Source: Candidatus Latescibacterota bacterium (lineage in GTDB: Bacteria; Krumholzibacteriota; Krumholzibacteriia; WVZY01; JAKEHA01). Taken from it: 64,000 bases of DNA. Within the stretch, counting starts at the first letter, position 1; every line of letters starts with the position of its first letter. The position numbers and the translations under genes are program-made. Under the pieces are notes generated by a model. It saw only the letters and a program-made list of their open reading frames with translations, did no database searches and was not told where the DNA came from. The stretch is from the NCBI GenBank assembly GCA_963707635.1, contig OY970173.1:1248001-1312000 (forward strand), given 5' to 3'. Shown here one piece after another: positions 1-9,167 of the stretch.

Positions 1-19
1 AAGGCGCAGTCACCTCTAT

Positions 20-1309
20 ATGATCGAACGCTACACCCTCCCCGAGATGGGCCGCATCTGGTCCGAACAGACCAAGCTCGAAACGTGGCTGCAATTCGAA
101 ATCCTCGCGTGCGAGGCGCTCGCCGAGCTGGGTGAGATCCCGCGCGAGGCGGTCGACCGCATCCGGAAGAACGCCCGCTTCGACGCGGCGCGTGTGCGGG
201 AGATCGAAGAGACCACGCACCACGACGTGATCGCGTTTCTGACCAACGTCGCCGAACACATCGGCAACGACTCGCGCTACGTCCACCTCGGGCTCACGTC
301 GTCGGATCTGCTGGATACGACCCTCGCGGTCCAGATGAAGCAGGCGGGCGAGCTGTTGCTCACCCGTATCGCCGCGCTGCGCGCGGCGGTCAAGGCGCGC
401 GCGCTCGAACACAAGCGCACCGTGATGGTGGGGCGCACGCACGGTATCCACGCGGAGCCGATCACGTTCGGGCTGAAGCTGCTGGTCTGGTACGACGAAC
501 TCGGGCGGCGCGAGCAGACGCTGCGCGCCGCGACCGACGCGGCCGCCATCGGCAAGCTCTCCGGCGCGGTCGGGACCTTCGCGCACGTGAGCCCGAAGGT
601 CGAAGCGTACGTCACGAAGAAGCTGGGCCTGAAGCCCGCGCCCACGTCGACCCAGGTGGTCCAGCGCGACGTACACGCGGAGTTCGTGTCCGCGCTGGCG
701 CTGGTGGGAGCGGCGCTCGAGCAGTTCGCGACCGAGATTCGGAACCTGCAACGGACGGATGTGCTCGAGGTGGAGGAGCCGTTCAAGAAGGGGCAGAAAG
801 GGAGTTCCGCCATGCCCCACAAGCGCAACCCCATCATCTGCGAGCGCGTGGTGGGGCTCGCGCGCCTCCTGCGCGGCTACGCGGTGGCGGCGATGGAAAA
901 CGTGGCACTCTGGCACGAGCGCGACATCTCGCACTCGTCGGTGGAGCGCGTGATCCTGCCCGACGCGACCATCGCGCTCGACTACGCGCTGGTCAAGTTC
1001 ACTGCGGTGGTGAAGGACCTGGTCGTCTACCCGGAGAACATGCGCCGCAACCTGGAGAAGGTGAACGGACTCGTGTACTCGCAGCGGCTCATGCTGGAGC
1101 TGGCGCGCGCGGGACTCTCGCGCGAAGACGCCTACGCGCTCGTGCAGGAGGCGGCGATGGAAACCTGGGAGAGCGGGAAGCCGTTCGAACAGACGGTGCG
1201 CGCGCGCAAAGGGATCGTTTCCCGGCTGGATGCCGCGGCGCTGGCGGCGGTCTTCAACCTCGACGGGTATTTGAAAGAAGTGGATACCATCTTCAAGCGT
1301 GTTTTCTAG
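20..1309 (+). CDS. purB: adenylosuccinate lyase
   Basis: Fumarate-lyase signature GSSAMPHKRNP, MIERY N-terminus, HHDVIAF, GRTHG; 429 aa. Confidence 0.97.
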   Translation: MIERYTLPEMGRIWSEQTKLETWLQFEILACEALAELGEIPREAVDRIRKNARFDAARVREIEETTHHDVIAFLTNVAEHIGNDSRYVHLGLTSSDLLDTTLAVQMKQAGELLLTRIAALRAAVKARALEHKRTVMVGRTHGIHAEPITFGLKLLVWYDELGRREQTLRAATDAAAIGKLSGAVGTFAHVSPKVEAYVTKKLGLKPAPTSTQVVQRDVHAEFVSALALVGAALEQFATEIRNLQRTDVLEVEEPFKKGQKGSSAMPHKRNPIICERVVGLARLLRGYAVAAMENVALWHERDISHSSVERVILPDATIALDYALVKFTAVVKDLVVYPENMRRNLEKVNGLVYSQRLMLELARAGLSREDAYALVQEAAMETWESGKPFEQTVRARKGIVSRLDAAALAAVFNLDGYLKEVDTIFKRVF

Positions 1310-1331
1310 TCACGATCTCGGCCGCACGTCA

Positions 1332-1361
1332 TTGCCTCTCGCCCCCGCGGCGTGATATAAT
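1332..1361 (+). promoter_or_regulatory. sigma70-type promoter
   Basis: TTGCCT-N18-TATAAT with extended -10 TG, upstream of the ORF at 1408. Confidence 0.6.
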
Positions 1362-1407
1362 TCGCTGGCCGCGAACCTTTGCCCCGAGAGCCCGGTGATT
1401 ACGCGCA

Positions 1408-2304
1408 ATGCGTGCCGGTAACGCACTCACCTTCTCGCGTCGCCTTCTCTTCGCCACGACGTTGGCTGCCGCTCCATCGATCGGCGTGGTGCATGAAGCC
1501 CTCGGCCAGCACATCGGCATATACGCCGACCCGCAGGGGCTCGACTGCACGCTCGACCTTCCGCCCGGGTCGGAAGCGACGCGTGTCTATGTCGTTCTCA
1601 AGTACGCCCAGTACGAGGGCGTACAGTTTGCGGCGCCGATCCCCTCGTGCACGCCGTTTGCGATTGCCGGATGGTCGACGCCGCCGGGGTTCTTCGCGCT
1701 CGGGGACCCGGAGAGTGGCATTCAAGTGGCGTTCGGCGGATGCATTACCGGCGACGTTGTCGTGATGCGCATCGACCTCGTTCTCACCGGCAACCCGACG
1801 GGTGATTGCTGCGCATTCCGACTCGCGCCGTACCCGGGCGCGATCCCGCCGAACGGGAAGGTCAAGGTCGAGGTCGCAGACTGTTTCGGACGGATCAGGT
1901 TGGCCACCACGTCCGCCGTTTGGCTCGCGGGAAATGATGTTGCGTGCGCGCAGATGCTGCCGCCATCGGATCCATCGCCGTCCGACGGAGCCACCGAGGT
2001 GCCGCTTGACGCCGTTCTGACCTGCAAAGTGCACCCGGTGGAGGAGTTCATGTGTGCGATGATGCTCGGGTCCGATTGGGCGAACGTGTACTTCGGCACC
2101 AGCCCCGACCCGCCCCTCGTGGGTAACGGCGGGCCGATTCCATATCGCCCACGGTCCATGGCTCCGGCCACGACGTATTACTGGAAGGTCTATTACAACT
2201 ACTGGGGTGTGGGCCGTTCGTCACCGATCTGGAGCTTCACCACAGCGAGTTCGACCCCGGTCGAATCGTCGACCTGGGGAAGGATCAAAGCACTTTATAG
2301 ATAG
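1408..2304 (+). CDS. secreted Cys-containing hypothetical protein with Fn3-like C-terminal part and TWGxIKxLYR tail
   Basis: Signal-peptide-like N-terminus; 'YFGT...TTYYWKV...WSFTT' Fn3-like segment; ends PVESSTWGRIKALYR. Confidence 0.75.
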   Translation: MRAGNALTFSRRLLFATTLAAAPSIGVVHEALGQHIGIYADPQGLDCTLDLPPGSEATRVYVVLKYAQYEGVQFAAPIPSCTPFAIAGWSTPPGFFALGDPESGIQVAFGGCITGDVVVMRIDLVLTGNPTGDCCAFRLAPYPGAIPPNGKVKVEVADCFGRIRLATTSAVWLAGNDVACAQMLPPSDPSPSDGATEVPLDAVLTCKVHPVEEFMCAMMLGSDWANVYFGTSPDPPLVGNGGPIPYRPRSMAPATTYYWKVYYNYWGVGRSSPIWSFTTASSTPVESSTWGRIKALYR

Positions 2305-2309
2305 TAGGG

Positions 2310-2705
2310 CTACTTGACGACGACCACCGAGTAGCTCACCGTCTTCGCCGGCGGCTCCTTTTCGTCGAACGACCGCTTGTACTCGAAACGCAGCGTCTGC
2401 TTTCCCACCTGCGCCGCCTTGAACCGCCACGTCTCCACGCCAGCTGCGCCCAGGGCGCGCTCGTCCGGCGGGTTGGGTTGGTAGCTCGGCCGTTCGGTGG
2501 GCAGCATCACGACCACGCGGCTCGAATCGGCGAGCCACCAGCGATACCCGGTTGCATGGTTGGATTCCAGGGTCAGGACCAGCTCCTGTCCCTGGACCAT
2601 GTCGATGGTCTTTCCGCTGTCGCTCGAGGAAAGCGCGAGGGGCTTGATGGATGTGCAGGCGAGCCACAGGCTCGTCAGAATCGCGAGAAACGCGCTCGTG
2701 CGCAT
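2310..2705 (-). CDS. protease inhibitor I42 (chagasin) family protein
   Basis: LESNHATGYRW, GAAGVETWRF and EYKRSFD match the chagasin NPTTGY.W / GAGG / Y.RPW loops; start placed at the ATG of MRTSAFL (signal peptide). Confidence 0.85.
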   Translation of the reverse strand: MRTSAFLAILTSLWLACTSIKPLALSSSDSGKTIDMVQGQELVLTLESNHATGYRWWLADSSRVVVMLPTERPSYQPNPPDERALGAAGVETWRFKAAQVGKQTLRFEYKRSFDEKEPPAKTVSYSVVVVK

Positions 2706-2780
2706 GACCACTCTCCGATCGCGTGCCGGGATGCGCTCGTCCTGGCTCCGAGGGCGGCACGGTCCCGGTAACGCGCGGCG

Positions 2781-2789
2781 ATTATAGCA
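2781..2789 (-). promoter_or_regulatory. extended -10 promoter for the I42 inhibitor gene
   Basis: TGCTATAAT on the minus strand about 75 nt upstream of the start. Confidence 0.5.
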
Positions 2790-2824
2790 CGTAGACGGGG
2801 CACGGGCCCGCCCATTCGGGACAC

Positions 2825-2853
2825 TTGCCACCTCGAGTGCCGTCCGTTATAGT
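2825..2853 (+). promoter_or_regulatory. sigma70-type promoter for purL
   Basis: TTGCCA-N17-TATAGT. Confidence 0.6.
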
Positions 2854-2913
2854 CCCGGTGACGCCGGTGTCTTACCCGCGGCGTCCATTTCTTTTTCCGG
2901 GAATCCCGAGACA

Positions 2914-5268
2914 ATGATCGACCCCAGAGACCTTGTCCCCGTCGAACCCACCGACGCGGGCGCGGTCAAAGACTTTCTCAAGAAGAACGGCGTCTCCCTC
3001 ACGACCGACGAGTACGCGCGCGTCGTGAGCCTCCTCGGCCGCCGTCCGAGCCTCGTCGAGCTGCACATTTTCAACGTGATGTGGAGCGAGCACTGCTCCT
3101 ACAAGTCGTCGCGCTGGGCGCTGAAGGAATACCTCCCGACCAGCGCGCCGCACGTGGTCCTCGGCCCCGGCGAGGACGCCGGCATCATTCGCTTCGCGGA
3201 GATCAACGGCAAGAGCTGGTGCCTGGTGATGGCGCACGAGAGTCACAACCACCCGTCGCAGGTGCTGCCGGTCGAAGGCGCCGCCACCGGGATCGGCGGC
3301 ATCGTGCGCGACGTCTACTGCATGGGGGCGGACGTGATCGGCGTCATGGACCCGCTCCGCTTCGGCGACCCCGACGGTCCGAATGCGTCGCGCGTGCGCG
3401 ACATCGCCTTCGGCGTGGTCGACGGCATCGCGCAATACGGCAACGCGCTCGGAGTCCCCACCTACGGCGGCGAGACCTTCTTCGACGCGGCCTTCGACGA
3501 CAACTGCCTGGTCAATGTGGTCGCCTTCGGCATCGTCGAGGAGCGCGGCATCATCCGCAGCCGCGTGCCGGAGGAAGCGAGGCACGTGCCCTACGACCTG
3601 ATCCTGGTCGGCAAGCCGACCGATGCCAGCGGCTTTGGAGGCGCCGCGTTCGCGTCCGAGCGTCTGGAGAGCAATGCGTCGACGGCGAGACAGGGCGCCG
3701 TCCAGGTGCCGGACCCGTTCGTCAAGCGCGTGCTGGCGGAAGCGATCAAGGAGATGCTCAAATTCGCGCGCGAGCAGAAGATCCCGATCGGCTTCAAGGA
3801 CCTGGGGGCGGGTGGAATCTCGTGCGCGTTTTCGGAGATGCCGCAGGCGAGCGGCTTCGGCGCCCACGTCGATCTGGACCAGGTGAACCGCGCCTTCGGC
3901 GATCTGCTCCCGGAAGTGATCGCGTGCTCGGAGACCCAGGAGCGTTTCGCGATTGCGGTGCCGACGCGGGTCAGCCGGGACATTCTCGCCATCTTCAACC
4001 AGAAGTTCGAGATGCCGCGGCTGTACGCGGGCGCGGGTGCGGTGGTGATCGGGCGCGTCACCACCGACGACCGTTTTCGTCTGACCCATCGCGGGCGCGT
4101 GGTGTGCGATGCCGCCATGGACGCGATCACTTCCGGGATCAGCTACCGGCGCGAGCAGAAGGAGCGGTCCCGGCGGCTGCGCGTGGGAGGCGGCGCGCAC
4201 GCGGCCGGCGCGAACGGCATCCGCGAAGCGGTGACGGCGCTCCTGGGTTCGATCAACGTGTGCGACAAATCGGCGATCTTCCAGCACTACGACTCCGAGG
4301 TGCAGGGCCGCGCGGTGCTGCGCCCGGGCGAAGCGGACGCGGCGGTCGAGATCTTCGTGCCGGGCGCGAACGTGGCGCTGGCCGCCTCCATCGGGAGCCA
4401 CTCGCGCATCGGGATGATCGACCCTTACGCGGGCGGCGCGTGGAGCGTGTTCGAGGCGACCCGCAACCTCGCCTGCGTCGGCGCGCTCCCGCTGGCCGTC
4501 ACGGACTGCTTGAACTTCGGCGACCCCGAAGACCCGGGCGTCTTCCACGAGTTCGTGGAATCGGTGAAAGGAATCGGCGACGCGTGCCGCGCGATGAGAC
4601 TCTTCGGCGGCGAGCACCCGCTGCCGGTGATTTCCGGAAACGTCTCGCTCTACAACCAGAGTGAGAAGGGAGAGGCGATCGCGCCCACGCCGATCGTCGC
4701 GTGCGCGGGCCGCATCGACGACGCCTCGCGCGCGCGCGGCTTCGCGCTCAAACAGGTGGGGTCGCGTCTGGTGCTCCTCGGGAAGCTCCACGACGACTTG
4801 GGGGGCTCCGAGTACGAGCGCGTGTTCGGAAACGCGGGCCACCCGAAGGCGCCGCACCCCGACTTCGCCTTCGAGTGCGCGCTGGTGAAGGCGCTGGTCG
4901 AAGGCTTCGCGAAGCGACTCGTGCTCGCCGCGCACGACGTGGCGCTGGGCGGGCTACTCGTCACCGTGGCGGAAATGGCGATCGCGAGCGCGCCCTTCGA
5001 CGTCGGCGCGAGCGTGGTGCTGGATGCGGTCGTCACGCGGCCGATGTGCTTCTCCGAGATGGGTGGCGTGGTGGTCGAGGTCAGCGACGACGCGTGGGGC
5101 GAGTTCGAGAGGTTGATCGCGCACCACGCGCTCCCGTTCGCCGAGATTGGGCGGACGAAGGCCGACGTGGGTCTCGAGGTGACGGTCGCGGGCGACACGT
5201 TTGGAATCGACATGGCAGAGTTGCGCGCCGCGCATCGCGGAAAGCTGGCGGAGATCCTTTACTCGTAA
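2914..5268 (+). CDS. purL: phosphoribosylformylglycinamidine synthase subunit PurL (small type)
   Basis: MWSEHCSYKS, ESHNHPS, GAATGIGGIVRD, DLGAGG, SETQER, DCLNFGDPE, ISGNVSLYN motifs. Confidence 0.96.
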   Translation: MIDPRDLVPVEPTDAGAVKDFLKKNGVSLTTDEYARVVSLLGRRPSLVELHIFNVMWSEHCSYKSSRWALKEYLPTSAPHVVLGPGEDAGIIRFAEINGKSWCLVMAHESHNHPSQVLPVEGAATGIGGIVRDVYCMGADVIGVMDPLRFGDPDGPNASRVRDIAFGVVDGIAQYGNALGVPTYGGETFFDAAFDDNCLVNVVAFGIVEERGIIRSRVPEEARHVPYDLILVGKPTDASGFGGAAFASERLESNASTARQGAVQVPDPFVKRVLAEAIKEMLKFAREQKIPIGFKDLGAGGISCAFSEMPQASGFGAHVDLDQVNRAFGDLLPEVIACSETQERFAIAVPTRVSRDILAIFNQKFEMPRLYAGAGAVVIGRVTTDDRFRLTHRGRVVCDAAMDAITSGISYRREQKERSRRLRVGGGAHAAGANGIREAVTALLGSINVCDKSAIFQHYDSEVQGRAVLRPGEADAAVEIFVPGANVALAASIGSHSRIGMIDPYAGGAWSVFEATRNLACVGALPLAVTDCLNFGDPEDPGVFHEFVESVKGIGDACRAMRLFGGEHPLPVISGNVSLYNQSEKGEAIAPTPIVACAGRIDDASRARGFALKQVGSRLVLLGKLHDDLGGSEYERVFGNAGHPKAPHPDFAFECALVKALVEGFAKRLVLAAHDVALGGLLVTVAEMAIASAPFDVGASVVLDAVVTRPMCFSEMGGVVVEVSDDAWGEFERLIAHHALPFAEIGRTKADVGLEVTVAGDTFGIDMAELRAAHRGKLAEILYS

Positions 5269-5273
5269 TCATC

Positions 5274-6087
5274 ATGGCCGGACGCGTTCTCATCATTCAG
5301 TTCCCGGGAGTGAACTGCGAGTACGAAAGCCTGCGCGCCATTGAAGCAGTGGGGCTCAAAGGCCAGATTCGCCGCTGGAACGACGCCGCATCGGCGGTGC
5401 GCGATGCGGCGGCCGTCATTCTCCCGGGGGGATGGTCGTACCAGGATCGCATTCGCGCCGGGGTGGTCGCTGCGAAAGACGCCGTGGTCGACGAGGTGAT
5501 CAAGGCGGCGGACAAGGGAACGCCTGTCATCGGGATCTGCAACGGCGCGCAGGTGCTGGTCGAGACCGGCATCGTGCCGGGCTTCGACGCGGGTCGCATC
5601 GATGTGGCGCTCGCCCCCAACCAGATGGTCGGCCGCGTTGGTTACTATTGCAACTGGGTCTACGTCAAGAAGGGTCCCGCGCGCTGCGTGTTCACCGACT
5701 TCATGGAGGAACGCCCCGGCGATCCGCTTCCGCTCCCGCTCGCCCACGGCGAGGGCCGCTTCGTGACCGCGAGCGACTCGGTGCGCTCGCACCTCGAACA
5801 CGGCGACGGCGTGGCACTCGTCTATTGCACGCCGGCCGGTGAGACGGCGACGCGGATTCCCGGAGAACCCCAACGGCGCCCAGTTTGCGATCGCGGGGCT
5901 CGCCAACCCCAGGGGCAACGCGCTCGCGGTCATGCCGCACCCCGAGCGCGGCGCGTGGGCGTACCAGGTGCCGCGCCGCGTGGGTGGCACCTGGGGCCGA
6001 AGCCGCGACGGCGTGGGATCGAAGGATCTTTACAGTGCCGGTCCCGGGCGCGGTTTCTTCGAATCGCTGCGAAGGGGGCTGTTATAG
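5274..6087 (+). CDS. purQ: FGAM synthase glutaminase subunit PurQ, interrupted by a 1-nt frameshift near 5853
   Basis: FPGVNCE, LPGGWSYQD, GICNGAQ and AHGEGRF lie in one frame (from ATG 5274); NPNG and MPHPER lie in the next frame (ORF 5839-6087); span is 3n+1. Confidence 0.9.
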
Positions 6088-6210
6088 CGAAGCTGGATCG
6101 AGTAGAGTCTCCTCAAGTAGATACAACGCAGCCTGTAGACACAACGCGACCCCGCTTTGCTTCCGATCCCATCCTGACCTGCCCACGTGACCGTACTGGA
6201 GGTGGCCGTA

Positions 6211-7818
6211 ATGAGAAAACTGTTGCTCGCAAGCTGCGCGCTCGCGGTAGCGTTGGTACCGGCGGCAATTGCCCCGGCGCACGCGGCTGAAAAGAAACCC
6301 AACATCGTCGTCATCATGGGCGACGACATCGGTATCTGGAACATCGGCGCTTACCACCGGGGCATGATGGCCGGCCGGACGCCGAATCTCGACAAGCTCG
6401 CCTCCGAAGGCATGCTGTTCACCGACTACTACGCCGAAGCCAGCTGCACGGCGGGTCGCGCCGCGTTCATTACCGGCGAGTTGCCCATTCGCACCGGCAT
6501 GACCACCGTCGGCCAGGCGGGCTCACCGATCGGACTGCCCGCGGCGGCCGCAACCACCGCGACGGTGCTCAGGTCGATGGGGTATGCCACCGGGCAGTTC
6601 GGGAAGAACCACCTCGGCGACTTGAACGAGTTCCTGCCGACGGTGCACGGTTTCGATGAGTTCTTCGGCTATCTGTATCACCTCGACGCCATGGAGGACC
6701 CGGCGCACCCGGCCTACCCGCAGGAACTGTTGAGCAAAGTCGGGCCGCGCAACATGGTGCACAGCTGGGCGTCGGAGACCGATGACGCCACGGTGGATCC
6801 GCGCTGGGGCAAGGTCGGCAAGCAGAAGATCGAGGACGCCGGCACGCTCTATCCGAAACGAATGGAGACGGTGGACGACGAGATCCAGGCCCTCGCCTTC
6901 AAGTTCCTCGACAAGGCCAAGAAAGACGGCAAGCCGTTCTTTCTGTGGCTCAACCCCACGCGCATGCACATCGTGACCCACCTCTCGCCCAAGTATGAAG
7001 CCATGCGCAACTCGACGAATGGCTGGACCATCCACGAAGCCGGCATGGCGCAGCTCGACGACATCGTGGGCGCGACCATGAAGAAGCTCAAGGACATGGG
7101 CGTGGACGACAACACCATTGTCGTGTTCACCACCGACAACGGCACGGAGACGTTCACCTGGCCGGACGGAGGCAACACGCCGTTCAAGGGGCAGAAGGGC
7201 ACCACGTACGAGGGCGGGTTCCGTGCCCCGGCGATGATTCGCTGGCCGGGCAAGGTGCCGGCCGGCAAGGTGGAGAACGGCATCGTCTCCGGCCTGGATT
7301 GGTTCCCGACCTTCGTCGCCGCGGCGGGGAATCCGAACATTATTGCCGAGCTCAAGGCGGGCAAGGAGATTGGTGGTACGACCTACAAGGTCCACATCGA
7401 CGGCTACGACCAGACGGCCATGATCACGGGCAAGGGTCCTTCGGCCCGCCATGAGATCTTTTACTTCGGAGAGAGTTCGCTCGGCGCGGTACGCGTCGAC
7501 GACTTCAAGTATCAGTTTATCGATCAGCCCGGGGGTTGGAGCGGCCCCAAGGACCACATCGATGTGCCGACGCTGATCAATTTGCGTTTGGATCCCTTCG
7601 AGCGCCTGACTTGGCCGAAGAACGGAATGCTCGACGGATCGCAGGAGTACTTCGGATGGTTCCAGTACGAATTCTGGCGTTTCGTGTTCGTCCAGCAGGT
7701 GGTGGGCGAGCTGATCAAGACCGCCATGGAGTTCCCGCCGATGCAGAAAGGCGCAAGCTTCAACCTGGAGGCGGTAAAAGCGCAGATCGAGGCGTCGGCC
7801 GGCGCCTCGGGCAAGTAG
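6211..7818 (+). CDS. arylsulfatase (Cys-type, secreted)
   Basis: KPNIVVIMGDDIG, SCTAGRAAFITG (CxAxR), GKNHLG, TDNG; signal peptide; GGAGG RBS before ATG 6211. Confidence 0.93.
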   Translation: MRKLLLASCALAVALVPAAIAPAHAAEKKPNIVVIMGDDIGIWNIGAYHRGMMAGRTPNLDKLASEGMLFTDYYAEASCTAGRAAFITGELPIRTGMTTVGQAGSPIGLPAAAATTATVLRSMGYATGQFGKNHLGDLNEFLPTVHGFDEFFGYLYHLDAMEDPAHPAYPQELLSKVGPRNMVHSWASETDDATVDPRWGKVGKQKIEDAGTLYPKRMETVDDEIQALAFKFLDKAKKDGKPFFLWLNPTRMHIVTHLSPKYEAMRNSTNGWTIHEAGMAQLDDIVGATMKKLKDMGVDDNTIVVFTTDNGTETFTWPDGGNTPFKGQKGTTYEGGFRAPAMIRWPGKVPAGKVENGIVSGLDWFPTFVAAAGNPNIIAELKAGKEIGGTTYKVHIDGYDQTAMITGKGPSARHEIFYFGESSLGAVRVDDFKYQFIDQPGGWSGPKDHIDVPTLINLRLDPFERLTWPKNGMLDGSQEYFGWFQYEFWRFVFVQQVVGELIKTAMEFPPMQKGASFNLEAVKAQIEASAGASGK

Positions 7819-7840
7819 TTGATTACGAGGTAGAGCATTC

Positions 7841-7874
7841 GGGCCGCACTCGTCGCACCTGGCGGGTGCGGCCC
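7841..7874 (+). terminator. GC-rich hairpin after the sulfatase gene (possible terminator or stabiliser)
   Basis: GGGCCGCACTCGTC / GGCGGGTGCGGCCC 14-bp stem with G-U pairs; no U-tract. Confidence 0.35.
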
Positions 7875-7896
7875 AGCATGACCCCGATCTCACCGC

Positions 7897-8271
7897 ATGA
7901 GACCCCTGCTCATCGTTACCGCGGCGCTTGAAGTCGCCGCCGGCCTGGCGCTCCTGGTCTTCCCGTCGGGCGCGATTTCCGCGCTGCTCGGTTCCGCGCT
8001 CGATGCGTCCGGCGGATTGATCGGCCGCGTGGCGGGGGTCGCTCTGCTCGCCCTGGGTGTTGCCTGCTGGCGCGCGCGCGACGATGGACGCAGCGTAACC
8101 GCGAGAGGCCTGATAACGGCGATGCTGCTCTACAACACGGGAGTGGCCGCGGTCCTGGTCTGTGCCGCCCTGGGCGCGGGGCTATGCGGGATAGGGCTGT
8201 GGCCGGCCGTGTTATTGCACGCGGGGTTGGCGATCTGGTGCGTGGCGTGCCTGCGGGGCAAGCGCGCGTAG
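7897..8271 (+). CDS. small integral membrane hypothetical protein (about 4 TM)
   Basis: 124 aa with four hydrophobic segments. Confidence 0.7.
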   Translation: MRPLLIVTAALEVAAGLALLVFPSGAISALLGSALDASGGLIGRVAGVALLALGVACWRARDDGRSVTARGLITAMLLYNTGVAAVLVCAALGAGLCGIGLWPAVLLHAGLAIWCVACLRGKRA

Positions 8272-8474
8272 AGCGGGATCAGTCGATGTCGAAGGCGGCG
8301 GACAGACGAAGTTCCGGCGCGCTCACGTCGACGTCGGGATAGTCTTTGTATTCGCGGAACGCGGCGTAGAACAGATACTCCACGCCGTTTCTAGCGCGGT
8401 CCTTCGGCCACTGGAACCCTCGACTTTCGACGCCCGCGGGCGGTATCCTCCCGTCGGGTGAGCACTGAATCGCC

Positions 8475-9167
8475 ATGACCAGACTCGACGCCAGACTCCT
8501 CGTGGGCCCACGTGGCCCGGACCTGGTCGCCTCGACGGCCCGTCTCACCCTGGTTCAGAAGATGGGGCTGGGCGAGCGGCTGGCCGGACTCAAGCGGTGG
8601 GATTTCTTCCACCTGGAGGTGGAGGCGGTGGCTGCGCCGGGCAGCCTGGTCCAGGCGCTTACCGGCACCCTGGCCCGCCAGAGCACGTTTTATAACCGTA
8701 ACAAGCACATGTACTCGCTGGAATGCCGCTGGGATGGCGGCGAGACAACCGATGGCCCCTCCCACGAGGAGCTGAAGCGCCAGTTCGGGCAAGGTTTGGG
8801 TACCCGATCGGGAACTGGCATAGATTTCGATGGAAAGGAAGACCGTAAAGCCGATATTGTAAAGGCGTCTCCGGTCTTTTTGGTCGAGGTGTTCGTTCAG
8901 GACGATGACTCGGCCGGCCGGAACGCCATCGCAGCCAGGCTCACCCGGGAGCTTTCGGGGGCCACCGGGGACCCGGTGCGGGTCCAGTGCCCCGGTCGAG
9001 CCACCGTCTGGTGGCTCGGGATCGCGGCCCGGGACGAGACGGCAGCGATGGAAACGGCCAGACAGATAACGGTAACGAAGCGGCGCGATGAGGGGCTCCT
9101 CATGAACCCCAACTACCAGCGCGCCGAATTCGTTTCCGCGGGAAGGGTCGATCGGGTGGCTTCATGA
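8475..9167 (+). CDS. probable PurS-like protein with two tandem PurS-type units
   Basis: Overlaps the purF start (ATGA); halves end in FYNRNKHMYSLE and LLMNPNYQRAEF, resembling the PurS LLANPVIExY motif. Confidence 0.55.
   Translation: MTRLDARLLVGPRGPDLVASTARLTLVQKMGLGERLAGLKRWDFFHLEVEAVAAPGSLVQALTGTLARQSTFYNRNKHMYSLECRWDGGETTDGPSHEELKRQFGQGLGTRSGTGIDFDGKEDRKADIVKASPVFLVEVFVQDDDSAGRNAIAARLTRELSGATGDPVRVQCPGRATVWWLGIAARDETAAMETARQITVTKRRDEGLLMNPNYQRAEFVSAGRVDRVAS

Noticed and set aside
4701..6290. 529-aa ORF apparently extending PurQ at both ends
   Set aside because: The N-terminal part is an off-frame overlap with purL and the C-terminal part results from the purQ frameshift.
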